Source of the DNA: Balanoglossus misakiensis | Lineage: Eukaryota; Animalia; Hemichordata | Assembly (NCBI GenBank): GCA_040954595.2 | Contig: CM082582.2 | Coordinates: 1,534,303-1,598,302, forward strand | Direction of reading: 5' to 3' | Length of the DNA stretch: 64,000 nt | Shown: piece by piece, positions 51,036 through 63,075 of the stretch | How the letters are laid out: every line of letters starts with the position of its first letter | Position numbering within the stretch: the stretch's first letter is position 1 | Made by a program: the position numbers and the translations under genes | Notes under the pieces: model-generated | What the model was told of the DNA's origin: nothing | Database searches by the model: none | The model's input: the letters and a program-made list of their open reading frames with translations, nothing else

Positions 51036-53364
51036 TCAAACCTTCCTTACCAAAAATTCTGATTAACGGCACCTATCTCATAGTGTAACCAGACTACAAG
51101 TGAAGAACCCCAGTAACAGACGTAACGAACAAACAAACTACATGTACTAACAACAAAGCAAGAAAAGTGTCAAGCGTCGTCAAAGAAAACGAAATAGTTC
51201 TAGCATGGTTGGTAAAAGTTATTGGTAGAAAACGAATAGGGCCTTCTACAAATGACGTCTCAGACCCGCAAACGCCACCAGAACACAAAACACATGCACA
51301 GAACAGTTTAAGCCGGTTGTTGTATGGAGCAGCAATAATCTGCGGTTGGGCCGTCGTAGATTTTCGCTGGTGGTGAAAATAAATAAAACACGATCGATGT
51401 TCGATTTATTCCAGATCACATGCGTTTACGGCCAGAAGAGAGCATAAAAGTCTTCAAATGACCATGTGGTGGCGCACTTTTTCCGATTGGCTGTATTTCA
51501 ATTTGTTCGTGGTAAATTAATTTTGTGGAGGTGACCGGCACTGAAGCTCTTAGCTAGGATGAGGTGGGATGGAAAAATGCCCCATTTGACTCATTTTAGC
51601 TGTTTTAAAATATACGACTATTTATAGACAAAAGGAAAATAAAACAAGCGCAAAAACATACCAAACCTAGTTTTATTAATTACAAAAAAAATTGCTGAGT
51701 AAAGGTTTTCATGTGGGCATTCACTTTGAACTTGCTAAATTAATTTAAAGAGACAAAGTCGCTCTCTCTTTGTCCTTTTGCGATGATGGAATGCTTGCTT
51801 GAAGTCTCTCGTGCAATAAATGATGTCGATTCATACATGTATGGATGGTGTATAGGTGGTCGGAATTTACATGTCTTTGCCACGTCCAAACCAAAAACAC
51901 ATAAAATCAATCTTTGGGTCATGAAATCGAGTTTTGTTACAGTCTAGAATTTCATGCCACCCCTTTTGGTCATATTATTCTTGGTAGGCAAAAGTGACAA
52001 GTAGTCAAGTTTCAACACAGGCAACATTTTTACAAACAAACCACAAAGAAGACATCAAAAGGGAGAGAATTATAGAATGGTCAATGTGTGAATAGTTAAG
52101 ATACGTAAAGTGGCCGGGTTCAACATAACATTAACTCATCGACTTCATATCGTCTTCATGCCATGGTTTTGCCTGCCCTGAAAGTTCTTGTCGTTGCAGA
52201 AGTGGTTTTGACAGAAAGAATTTAGTCTTCCGGGATGTTTGTGATTATTTGAACACCAGACAATACAATGCAACCTTGACTTCCAAAATACTTACCGGCA
52301 TTGCATTATCTTACCATGGTTAGGCCTACAGAGAACAAATTTTCAACAATATTTTCTGAGTTACCGCTGATATTTGTTTTGTAGTATGGATATTAAATTA
52401 TACATCCCGATACAAAACAGAATGTTATAGAATCCTTCCTGAGTGATATTGAAAAAAATACCGGAATGCTATAGCCTAATCTATGGTTAGGGTTATTGCT
52501 ATTATTTTATATCAGTAATCGACTTTGTGTATATCAATGTCATTTTCATAACGAAAATGAACTCGAGTCTAATGTAAACGTTACGAATTGATCGAAAGGC
52601 GCTCTGATGAATGTTAACACGAGTGCGCAATGACAAGACATGCATCGTGCATGACAGTGACAACAGTTCCAATAGAGCAGTTAAAAAATAAACCGGCCGT
52701 CCGTAAATTTATCAGCTATATTTTTTTTTATTTAGTCACGTTTTCCCTGTTGCATGCTATTAGTTCAGGGGCCAGTTTTAGCAGTGCTCTATTGAGTACT
52801 TTCGTATCGATGGATTGATCTCTCGTCCAATCAGAATGGCGGATGGTAGCATGATCCGACATATTGCGTATTACAATAGGGCTTCCTCATACAGGTCAGA
52901 ACAGAGAGGTCATTCCTTTTATTTTAGGACGTCTCAGCTCCTTTGTCTTTTCTGTTATTTTTTGACAAATGCGGATTGACGTTCCATTTCCAATTGGCGA
53001 TAATTATATTTATTTGTATTTTATTGCATAAGCGCTTGCTAGTCGTTTTTTAGCAATTTTTTTTGTAGTACAAAAACACTGAAGAAAACGAAATATTTTA
53101 TTCATTCGCACTTCCAAAGAACACCGTGACATAATTCCTCAATTTGCATTTCAGTGTGTGTGTCTGGTGTGTCTGCATTGACGTGAGGCGCATTCTCCAC
53201 CCGCACACATACGTTGCATTGCATTCTTTGACTAATTAGTGTTACGTCATGTTGAAGCAGGATTCTGATTGAGTAGTAAGTAAGTTGCATAATTGACGCA
53301 CAGCTGGTGCCTCGTTCTCGTACCGCTGACCATTGCATTTGAAAAATCATTGCAGCTTTGACGT

Positions 53365-53405
53365 TCATCAAGCATGGAGGTCCCGGTCGCCTCCATGCTT
53401 GATGA
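53365..53405. other. Perfect 16-bp hairpin with 9-nt loop
   Basis: TCATCAAGCATGGAGG-tcccggtcg-CCTCCATGCTTGATGA. Confidence 0.9.
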
Positions 53406-53663
53406 TGTCGTTTCTCTGGTAAGCATGGCATTTAATGTTATTTTACAAGTACATGTACACTCCTTCTAGCAAAAACTGGTCGTGGTAGGGCGAGAGGGTC
53501 CTCCCAACATCGAAATTCTGACTTTGGGAAGCGTTACAGCACCAAACAGTAAACTCACAGTCGCATGGAATTTGTGCGTTATATTACACCTTGCGAGTAA
53601 ATTGTACGTCGTTCGTTGGCTCGAGTCAGCTTTGTTATTGTGGAGCAGGTGGTACCGTAACAC

Positions 53664-54080
53664 CACAGGGGGCTCTCCCTAGGCGATTTTATTGTTTGTT
53701 TGTTGTTGTTGATTGGCATAATAAACAAATACATATTTCTTTATTAATAAATATGGTTTGTTGACATGTAAGGGTTAGGTTATTAGGGTATATTTGACAG
53801 GTTATGGTATATTCAACGGTTAGAATTAGCGTTGGCATTTTTTCGATCCATGGCCGGCATCACCCCCCCCCCCCAAACCCCCCCCCCACCCCCTGTGGCT
53901 TAGTGATGCCCGGGGCCGTGGATCGAAAAAAATGCCAACAGTAACCCTAACTGTTGAATATACCCTAACACTTACATGTCAACAAACCATATTTATTAAT
54001 AAAGAAATATGTATTTGTTTATTATGCCAATCAACAACAACAAACAAACAATAAAATCGCGGAGGGAGGAGCCCCCTGTG
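53664..54080. mobile_element. Foldback MITE with long near-perfect TIRs and 7-bp TSD (P-element-superfamily-like termini)
   Basis: CACAGGGGGCTC...GAGCCCCCTGTG flanked by GTAACAC (53657-53663 and 54081-54087). ~90 bp of essentially perfect inverted repeat (GCGATTTT...GACATGTAAG). C-run centre. Confidence 0.85.
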
Positions 54081-54283
54081 GTAACACACTACAGTATAAC
54101 TTTTAAGGCAAAGCGATAGCGAATAAACTGACCAGGGTTGGTTTTGTTGTTGGGGAGATTTTTGGCACCATTGAGACTGTTATAAGCTACCAGTGGGAGC
54201 TATGGTATAGCCGTTAACACGCAGCCCTGCCACGCAGAGCTTCTATGACTGGTTACTAACTTCTATGTCTATTTGATTCACAG

Positions 54284-54358
54284 ATGCTGCCTGAAACTGT
54301 CTGCGTTTCAACTCGGGATTCTCTTCCTTGTCCGGGGCGAGTTTAAGACCGCTCAATG
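54284..54358 (+). other. Putative small exon, type 1 (75 nt), of an unannotated, probably non-coding transcript
   Basis: Branch point TACTAAC (54254-54260), acceptor TTTGATTCACAG|, donor |GTAAGC. Confidence 0.55.
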
Positions 54359-54600
54359 GTAAGCATGACTTGCTTTATATTTGCTTTTATCGGGTGTTGC
54401 AACCGAAACAATAGGAAGAAATGTATGTCTACGAACTAATTTACATATTCCAGCTTTCAATACAATGTACCTGTTTTTTCCCCTTCGAATTCTGGCCTCG
54501 ATTGCTTGTGATATGATCGTGATGTCATGAATTAGATGGACAACTCACAAGTTCAAATCTTCACGTGGAGCATAAAATAAATGTGGATGCATTTCCTTAA

Positions 54601-54947
54601 AGGTACAAAGTCTCTCTCTCGCTGCCCTTTTTTCCATTAATTATATTTGATACAAGACACCGTTTGTTATTCTACATGTAGATATATAGTGAATGAACGT
54701 TCAGCCACACACAACTTCCGTCCCACTTGTAGACACGAGAGTAAAAATACTCGCCAAAATGAATAATCGTTCTTTACCATTTATTCATTTTGGGCGAGTT
54801 TTTACTCTCATATCATACAAGCGGGATGGAAGTTTTGTGTGGTTGATCATTTATTCACTATATATCCAAATGTACATTGACATAAACAGTGTCTTGTATC
54901 AAACATAATTAATGGAAAAAGGACAGCGACAGAGAGACTTTGTCCCT
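54601..54947. mobile_element. Full-length palindromic MITE family A (Kolobok/T2-like)
   Basis: TTAA|AGGTACAAAGTCTCTCT...AGAGAGACTTTGTCCCT|TTAA. The paralogous empty site with a single TTAA is at 61056-61059. Confidence 0.95.
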
Positions 54948-55285
54948 TTAACCATATAGCTAAAATTACTCCCATATCAATACACAGGGAGATACTTTAA
55001 CTTTGGCTGAACGTGTGCTAGTCCAACACTATGCTTAATCAAACTGGCTAAGAGATCTGTTATTATATTAGACGCATGAAGGAAAGTAATGTTGTTTAGA
55101 GTGAAATAAAACAATACTTTAGGCCAGAAAGAAAAATATAAATCATGACACAAATAGGCTGGAAATTTTTTCTGACCCTATATTATACCATGTTTTGCAT
55201 ATTTTCACTAATTTGTATGGCCCACATAATTCTAAAGCAAGGTTGATTGGTTACTAATTAATATTTGCATATATTTGATTCACAG

Positions 55286-55358
55286 TCTTAAACACAGCAT
55301 TTCAACGTATGCCGGAGGAGGAAGAGAATACCTAGGCCTGATCCAAGACCGCTTTCCG
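55286..55358 (+). other. Putative small exon, type 2 (73 nt), largely antisense to type 1
   Basis: TACTAAT (55252-55258), TTTGATTCACAG|, |GTAAGC. Identical to 62012-62084. Confidence 0.55.
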
Positions 55359-56831
55359 GTAAGCACACCTTGCTGTATACATGCTCCATAGCTTGTTTGT
55401 AAATGCTACCTTTTCCCATCAAATAGTGAAGTCACCCTTTTAAAATTATGGTGGTGGCAAGCCACAACTGGTTATCATGAAGAGTTGGACACCACTAATA
55501 ATCATTTTAATATTTTCCAATTGGTAACCTTTATGTACCACTATCCTCAACAATTTCAGTCAATAAGATTCATATTGCGCTGTATAGCAAGGCCAAACAA
55601 ATATGACTGATTGATAGGGATTTTTCTGAAAATGTGACAAAATCAACAAATAAACAATAATCAGTCACCAATCATGCATTATGTGTTATTCGAGGGAACC
55701 TGAGCGGGTCCCATAAACCTGCCAACCCATGCTAGCCATGACTTTACAAATGTTACCGTCATACTATGCAGAAAATTCTGGCTGCCTTAAATAGGTTTTT
55801 CACTTTGCGCTAGGTGTCAAATCTCATTGCATTCTGGGCGGAAAGTCCATAACCAACTGTAGTAAGAGATAGAAGAAATGATATGTTTACTGTATTTCAT
55901 GACTTCCTTCGGTCAAACATTTCTGTCTCGGTAGTTAGCATATTAAACTTTTTTTCACTTTTGCTATTTTTTCTGTTAAAAAGTTCAAGAATGACCCATC
56001 ATCATTTTAGCTTATGAACTCCCAATTCTTTAACATGGCAAAAATCGGCCATCTTGAAATTATCGACCGTATGAGATTTTCATCACTCATTTAGGGTAGC
56101 TTAAAACGTGTTTAAAGTAGGGAGAATTGTATAGGCAAGACTTGGGCTGTAAATTTGATGAAATAGCTACATGACTATTGTTCACAAGCAGCTGACTGTA
56201 CTGTAAGACTGGAAGTGTTGTGTACATATTTTACATATTCAATATTTGTAATTAGACCATGTCATGTATATCTTGGGGATTGCTCGATCACAATGTCTCT
56301 GCTGGTACAATGTCCTTTTAACATGTTCAGTAATATGGTAGTAATTGTAAGTTTGTGTGCGGCATTTGTAAATTATTTACAATTTATAAAATATTTTGTA
56401 AGTTTCTTCATTCTCAAATTGCTTGCCTAACGTACTGCATTAACATTTAAATTTTGGTATGATTTTGAGTAGACTTTTTGTTTCAAAATTATTTTTGACA
56501 CTTTTGGGTGATATGATTTTACATGGAAAATCTGATTTCCCTGTAATTCGGTTGACAGGATTTTCATCATATCTCTAAATCATGAAGTACATGTATCAGA
56601 CTTGCATCAGGCCCCCAAAATTCTAGTCGCCTTTGGCAAGTAATATTAGCCATTGATCTGGGAAAGTTACAAAAATGTGTTGTCCAAGGACGTTGAAGGT
56701 ACATGTGGTTTTTACACTTGCTGCATGTTTATAATTTGCAATAGAAATAGACACTCAGTGCCAGCCCACTATCCCGTCTCTTTATTGCTGACTTGTATGT
56801 ATGTACGTATGTACGCATTTTATCAGAATTA

Positions 56832-58165
56832 TTAGGTCCCATTTGGTATATGTATTTATACCATGGTACCTTACGGGATCAGTTGCACCTGTATGTATGG
56901 ATGTTTGTATGTCCATCAACATCAAACATTTGGAAACTACTGGCATTTCACCTTGATATTTAATGTGCAGGACAGGGCAGTAGATGGGAGTTTGTCTAAG
57001 TGAAGTTGTCATTGCCAAAATATGCAAATTAGCTGGGAAAGTGTCAAATTCGTCAAAACTTGGGAACTCAACAACTACTGGGCAAATTGCTTTCAAAATT
57101 GATAATTGGTATGCATGTACCTTATGGTATCCTCTCACAATTCTACATGTTGTGAGCTAATAATGTGAATTTTCTATTTTTAAGCATTTTTTTTGTCTCT
57201 TTCCACATTGTCGGTAAAAACCTACTTTTCTGGAATTGATCAGCTGACTTGTTTGAAATTTATTATGAAGCTTCATAGGTGATCTGAGTTACCAACCATA
57301 GTTTTGTTTAAATTGTTGCCAAAAATTGCGTATTTATAATTTTGGAGCAATTTTTAGGTCCCATTTGGTTTATGTACATATATACGATTGGGACCTTATG
57401 GAATCAGTTGCATTTGTATGTATGAGTGAATGGATGAAAACCGCTGGGCATATCACTTCCATATTTAGTGTGTAGATGCAGGCGGGGCTGTAGATGGGAT
57501 TTTGTTCAAATGAAATTGTCATTGCCAAAATATTACCTGTGTAAATGTGAAATTGGTCAAAAGTCAGAAACTTGACAACCACTGGTCAGATTGGTATGTC
57601 AATGAACCCCATACAGTCCTGTATGTTGTGAGCTAATATTATGAATTTTCTAATGTTTATTAATTTTTTTTGTCTTTTTCCACATTATTGGTAAAAAAAA
57701 ATCTTCACTTCTAAAAGCGATAGTCCGACTCCTTCGAAATTTAGTATGAAGCTTCCTATGTTACCATATTTTTTGTTCAGATTGTTGTAAAATAGGCATA
57801 TTTATAATTTTGAGCAATTTTGCCAATTAAGGTCAGAATGCTTTGCAATTTGGTAGGCAGATTCCCAGGGGTAACCCAAGGAAGATGTCATAAAAATGGT
57901 TAAAACTGCGTGCTTGTGTTATTGGGGATATTTTTTGCAATCTTTGTCAAAAACTGTTTTCTGTTAAACCGTTCAAACCCTTGTCAGATTGCTTTGAATT
58001 TTGGCAGGAATGTTCCTTGTAGTGATTGAAGTAAGATGGTGTACAATTATAGAGATGTTTGCATATTTGTGTTTTTGCCACTTTTGAACAAATGTGTTTT
58101 TCTTTGAAACTGCTTTTTTGATGGCTTTGAAATATGGTAGGAATATTCCTAGGGGTAACCCAATT
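56832..58165 (+). mobile_element. Two tandem HINE-like elements (AGGTCCCA family)
   Basis: T-rich flank, AGGTCCCA (56834, 57356) with inverted partner TGG(G/T)ACCT, (GTAT)n microsatellite and diverged core repeats. The heads are 522 bp apart. Confidence 0.6.
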
Positions 58166-60498
58166 TTTAGCTCACCTGAAAATCACGTGAGCTTATAGTT
58201 TAGCGATGTCTGTGTATGTGTGTGTCTGTCTGTATACCCGATATCTCAAGAACCGCTGAACCGATTTCAACCAAATTTAGTACACAGGTTCAGATATCAT
58301 ATGGCAAGAACTGAAAAGGTTTTGGTGGGTGTGGCTTTGATATTAATGAAGTTATTAAAGTTTTAATTTTTCTATTACATGGTTGTCTATGAGAGCTTTC
58401 GTTAATGCTGCATATATGACCAGTGGAAACGATAGTTTGAGGAGATCGACTGTTTGAGGGCGCTGTGAAATGAGACATTCCTGGCGATATTGCCGTGGTT
58501 CTGTCCATGCTCAGACGCTGTACCCGTCGTTACGAATAACTTCCCTACGTGAATCCACAAGGAAGCTAACGTTGTTTAGTTGCTTCATAGAGCGTAAATT
58601 GTTAATCTACAGGACCGTCAGACGAATACTCTTTTCAAATGAAGTTTGAAACTACTTACGAGTAAGTTAGTGGAGACAATATGGCGGATAGTTGGCGTGC
58701 AGCCGAATCCGCGTTATGACTATGACGTGACCCATTCATCAAGACAAACCGTAAATGATTCACGCATATTGTGGTCCTCACGCAGTCAATCTCAAAATGT
58801 CACCAGGCTTTCTATTTGTCTATTGTTCAGAGAAAAATAACATGGCGGTTGATCACACTCAACAGTAAAATCCGTTTTGTGTGTTTATAGACAGTCTGTT
58901 ATCGCCAATACTATATAGCGATTGCTAGATGGCCTACCCAATATGTGATCGAGCGAGAATGATAACATTGAATGTCTGTTCAGATCTCATTCCGTACGTC
59001 ATACGTCAACATTTCGATTTCGATTTAATCCATTCATAAAGAATTTAGAGAAAGTCGTCTTGAATTGTGACCCCGACTATCAATTAGTTTACGATGATTT
59101 TTTGGCGACGGAATACACGAGACGCCATTGCATAACTACGTCAGCTGGACTTCCAAGGTTACCATTTTGTGTGTATGGAATCTTATCACAGAGCCTACGT
59201 ACTTTGACAATATGCCATGCTATATCAATGACGCCCCAGAAAATTTGTCAAAAAATGAATTTGTCTTCTCATGGTGGTGCAATATATTTTAATGTCTATT
59301 TTGAGGTTGATTTTGGTTTTTGGCTAACATGTATATAAATGTCAGCTTATAGCATAAGTTGGTGTCCGTCGGCTATGTATGTCTGTATGTGTGCCTCATA
59401 CAGAATTATGTATTTTGTGAATGGATCAGTTTCGTCTTAATGTATTGATGTATGTATGTGTATGTCCATCAACATCAAAAACTTGAAACTACTGATATTT
59501 AGTGTGTACATAGAAATTGTTATTGCGAAAAAATGCATACTGGTATTAACTGGAAAAATGTTCAAATAGTCAAAATTGAAAAACTTAATAACAGCGGATC
59601 AGATTAAGTTAAAAATTGGCGTACATTGGTGTGCAAGTACTTTGGGAAGACCTCGTATGATTTTGTTCAGGTGGAGTCAGTATCTGGCGTTTCCTATTTT
59701 TTATGAATTTTTGGGGGAATTTTCTGCAGTTTTGTTAAAAAAAATGTTTCTCTGAAATTACATGTCCAATTGATTGGAAACTTGGTATGGAGGTTCATAG
59801 GGCTTACCTGAATCACATTTTTGCAAACGGTGGTGAAATTTGCAAAAATGCATTTTTGGGCAATATTTCCTGTTTTTGCCAAAAAATCCAATCCTGTGAA
59901 ATGTAGGTGCAATTGTTTTGATACTTTGTATTTGGGTTTCTAGGGGTGATCTCAGTCAGATATGATCAAATTGTAATGAAATTTGCATAATTGTATTTTT
60001 TGGGAATTTCTGCAGGGTTTGGCCAAATAGTCTTCGGTAATACCACAAGTCCAATTGGTTGGAAACTTTGAATGGGAATTCATATATGTGATATCAGTCA
60101 GATTTGTCTGAATTTCCTGTTGTTTGCCAAAATGTCTTCCTTATTGAAACTTGTTAAAGAGGTTCTTAGGCATGAACAGAAATCAGATTTGTTGAAATCT
60201 GGTGAAATATTCATACTTTTTGGTATATTTCTTGCCATTTTTGATCAAAGAGTTTTAGAATTCCATAGACTTATTATTTTTATGCAGTTCAGGATGGGGT
60301 ACATGACTCATAACCCCTTACAAAAATTGACAAGGCAACAATTCCACAAACATGTTTACATTTCACAATGGTGCAACACACAACCCTTACACCATATACA
60401 CTATAAACCAAAATGGTTTAAAACTGGTTTTTCTAATCTTGTTATTCTGTCAACCAATCACAGTACTGCACGTGAGCATATTCAGTTAATATCTGGTT
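58165..60498 (+). mobile_element. HINE-like element(s) (AGCTCAC family), probably composite
   Basis: TTTTTAGCTCACCTG (58164-58178) with partner CACGTGAGCT (58184-58193), a (GT/GTCT)n tract and AACCGCTGAACCGATTTCAACCAAATTT core. A second head lies near 59320. Candidate 3' subTIR CACGTGAGC (60469-60477) with a small hairpin. Confidence 0.55.
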
Positions 60499-60759
60499 CC
60501 TGATTGCTTTGGAAGTTAGTTAACAATTTCATAACACATGTACATGTAAGTGCAACTTTGATTAAATTCTGGTTGTCAATATTTAGGTAGTTTGTTGTAA
60601 ATTTCTTTGTTTTTGGATAGCAAATCTTTTTAACCAATTGCTCAGTTTCTTTGAAAGTTACTGTTAACAAGGAGAGTTAGTACACCCAACTTAGACTTTT
60701 ACACCCAACTTAGAGCTACTATGACTGGTTACTAACTTCTATATCTATTTGATTCACAG

Positions 60760-60834
60760 ATGCTGCCTGAAATTGTCTGCATTTCAACTCGGGATTCTCT
60801 TCCTCGTCTGGGGCGAGTTTAAGACCGCTCAATG
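60760..60834 (+). other. Putative small exon, type 1, second copy
   Basis: TACTAAC, TTCACAG|, |GTAACC. Four transitions relative to 54284-54358. Confidence 0.5.
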
Positions 60835-62011
60835 GTAACCATGACTTGCTGTATATTTGCTTTTATCGGGCGTGGCACAACCGAAACAATAGGAAACAAT
60901 GTATGTCTACGAACTAATTTACACCTTCCAGTTATCAATACTTTTTTCCTTCGAATTCTAGCCTCGATTGCCTGTGATATGATCGTGATGACATGAATTA
61001 AATGGTCAAGTTCAAATCTTCATGTGAAGCATAAATTAAATTTGGATGCATTTCCTTAACCATATAGCTAGAAATTACTCCCATACCAATACACGGGGAG
61101 ATACCGTAATTTTGGCTGAAAGTGTGCTAGTCCAACACTATGCTTCATCAAACTGGCTAAGAGATCTATTATTATATATAGACACATGAAGGAAAGTAAT
61201 GTTGTTTATAGTGAAATAAAACAATACCTAAGGCCACAAAGAAAAATATAGATCACGACACAAACAGGCTGGAGTTTTTTTCAAAAATGTGTGCATAAGA
61301 TCATATTGGCCCATGGTAATCAAAGCCAAAGCAGCCCAGTTCCAAATTCGAAACTCAGCTCAGTACCAGAAACTTGCTCAAAGCTACCAAATGCACAGAA
61401 AGTTTTGAGAATCTAGATGAAAAATCACCAAGCGACTAGTGCGCTTGTCTATGTTCAATGTGTCTTCCCTGGTAACAACATGTACTTCTGCCACCATGCC
61501 ATGAGATATACTGACAGCCACGTTTGAAACATTTTAGTATACTGATATTCAAAGTTTAAATGTAAAGGCTTACTTTTCTATAGTAAAATAAATGTTTTAT
61601 AATTGCCAACAATTTACATTCTTGCGCTAATCAGTTGTATGAAAAGTGAGGTGGATCAAATGTAAGTTTCATTTTCACAACAAACATTAAGAAATCATTG
61701 TACAGTGTTACGTAGATGTCAAAGTGTGTGTACACCTGTCGTTTACAGATATGATGTCAGTTTCACTTGTCACCTAACTGCCATGTTTGTGGTATACCTA
61801 TGTGGACCACTTTACTGCAGTACTGATGTAAATGGAGTTTCAAGATCGCTGTTACAGATTTCTCTGATTCGTATTCCACGTACATTATCGCAGCACAGTC
61901 TGACCCTATATTATACCATGTTTTGCATATTTTCACTAATTAGTATGGCCCAAATAATTCTAAAGCAAGGTTGATTGGTTACTAATTGATAAGCATATAT
62001 TTGATTCACAG

Positions 62012-62084
62012 TCTTAAACACAGCATTTCAACGTATGCCGGAGGAGGAAGAGAATACCTAGGCCTGATCCAAGACCGCTTTCCG
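62012..62084 (+). other. Putative small exon, type 2, second copy
   Basis: TACTAAT, TTCACAG|, |GTAAGC. 73/73 identical to 55286-55358. Confidence 0.55.
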
Positions 62085-62511
62085 GTAAGCACAACTTGCT
62101 GTATACATGCTCCATAGCTTGTTTGTAAAGGCTACCTTTTCCCATCAAATAGTGAAGTCGCCCTTTCAAAATTATGGTGGTGGTAAGCCACAACTGGTTA
62201 TCATGGAGAGCCCCATATAAACTTACCAGCCCACGCTAGCCATGACTTTACAAATGTTTCCGTCATACTATGCAGAAAATTCTGGCTGCCTTAAATAGGT
62301 TTTCACTTTGCGCTAGGGGGTCAAATCACATTGCATTCTGGGCGAAAAGTCTACAACCCACTGTAGTAAGAGGTGGAAGAAATGATACATTTTGTGTATT
62401 TCATGCTTTGGTCAAACATGTCTGTCTCCGTAGTTAGCATATTAAACTCATTAAATGTTTTTCACATTTTGTTATTTTGTCTGTTATGACCCATTATCAC
62501 TTTAGCTTTAG

Positions 62512-63075
62512 CTTAGGCTCCATTCACAAACACCTCTGGATGGGGGGGGGGGGGGGGAAATTCAATTTTTTTACTGCTAATTTTCACATGCCCCCCCCCC
62601 CTGTACACAACCCGAAATATTTTCAAATCCCCCACCCCCTTCTGAACTGCCAAAATTTTAAAATCCCCCCCCCCCATTTTCTTTCACAGAGCAAAACACA
62701 TCACTTATCTATCTTGTAAAAAAGAAAAACAGCGCTCCCATGAAAAGACTTTGAAACTGATGTTTCCCCTCATCAGTGGGTATTAAAACTGAACATGGTT
62801 TTTATTTTTTAAGTATTTGTATTCTGTGTTGGGAGACATTGTAAACCGGGAATTGAAGGGGGTGGGTGTGGGAAGGGGTGTCCCCCTCCCACGTAAGAAA
62901 ATGTTATAAAATACAGAGCTCAAAGCTGCATTTTTATGAACCCGGCAAAAGCAAATTAACTCAACTACCAGTATGTTGGGGAGGATAAATTTAACCGTCG
63001 CCGCTCAAAGTTATCATGGGGTGGGGGCAAGTCCCCTGACATGGGACACTAGATAAACCAGTTAATGATTGAAAT
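62512..63075. mobile_element. Copy-B-specific insertion, probably MITE remnants with G- and C-runs
   Basis: Absent from copy A. Starts TTAGGCTCCATTCACAAACAC and contains poly-G/poly-C tracts. No clear right TIR seen. Confidence 0.4.

Larger units (their letters stand above)
54236..57154 (+). repeat. Local segmental duplication, copy A
   Basis: Colinear high similarity to 60711-64000 from AGAGCT.CTATGACTGGTTACTAAC to CTA.ATGTTGTG, with copy-specific insertions and deletions. Confidence 0.93.

Noticed and set aside
53768-53972. Interstitial telomeric repeat (TTAGGG/CCCTAA words)
   Set aside because: Isolated words within the MITE arms, not a tandem array.
54306-54349. GTTTCAAC...GTTTAAGAC resembles CRISPR repeat ends
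   Set aside because: Copies are 1-5 kb apart and flanked by splice signals; no repeat-spacer periodicity.
59239-59260. GAAAATTTGTCA match to the satellite
   Set aside because: A 12-bp AT-rich match with no flanking similarity.
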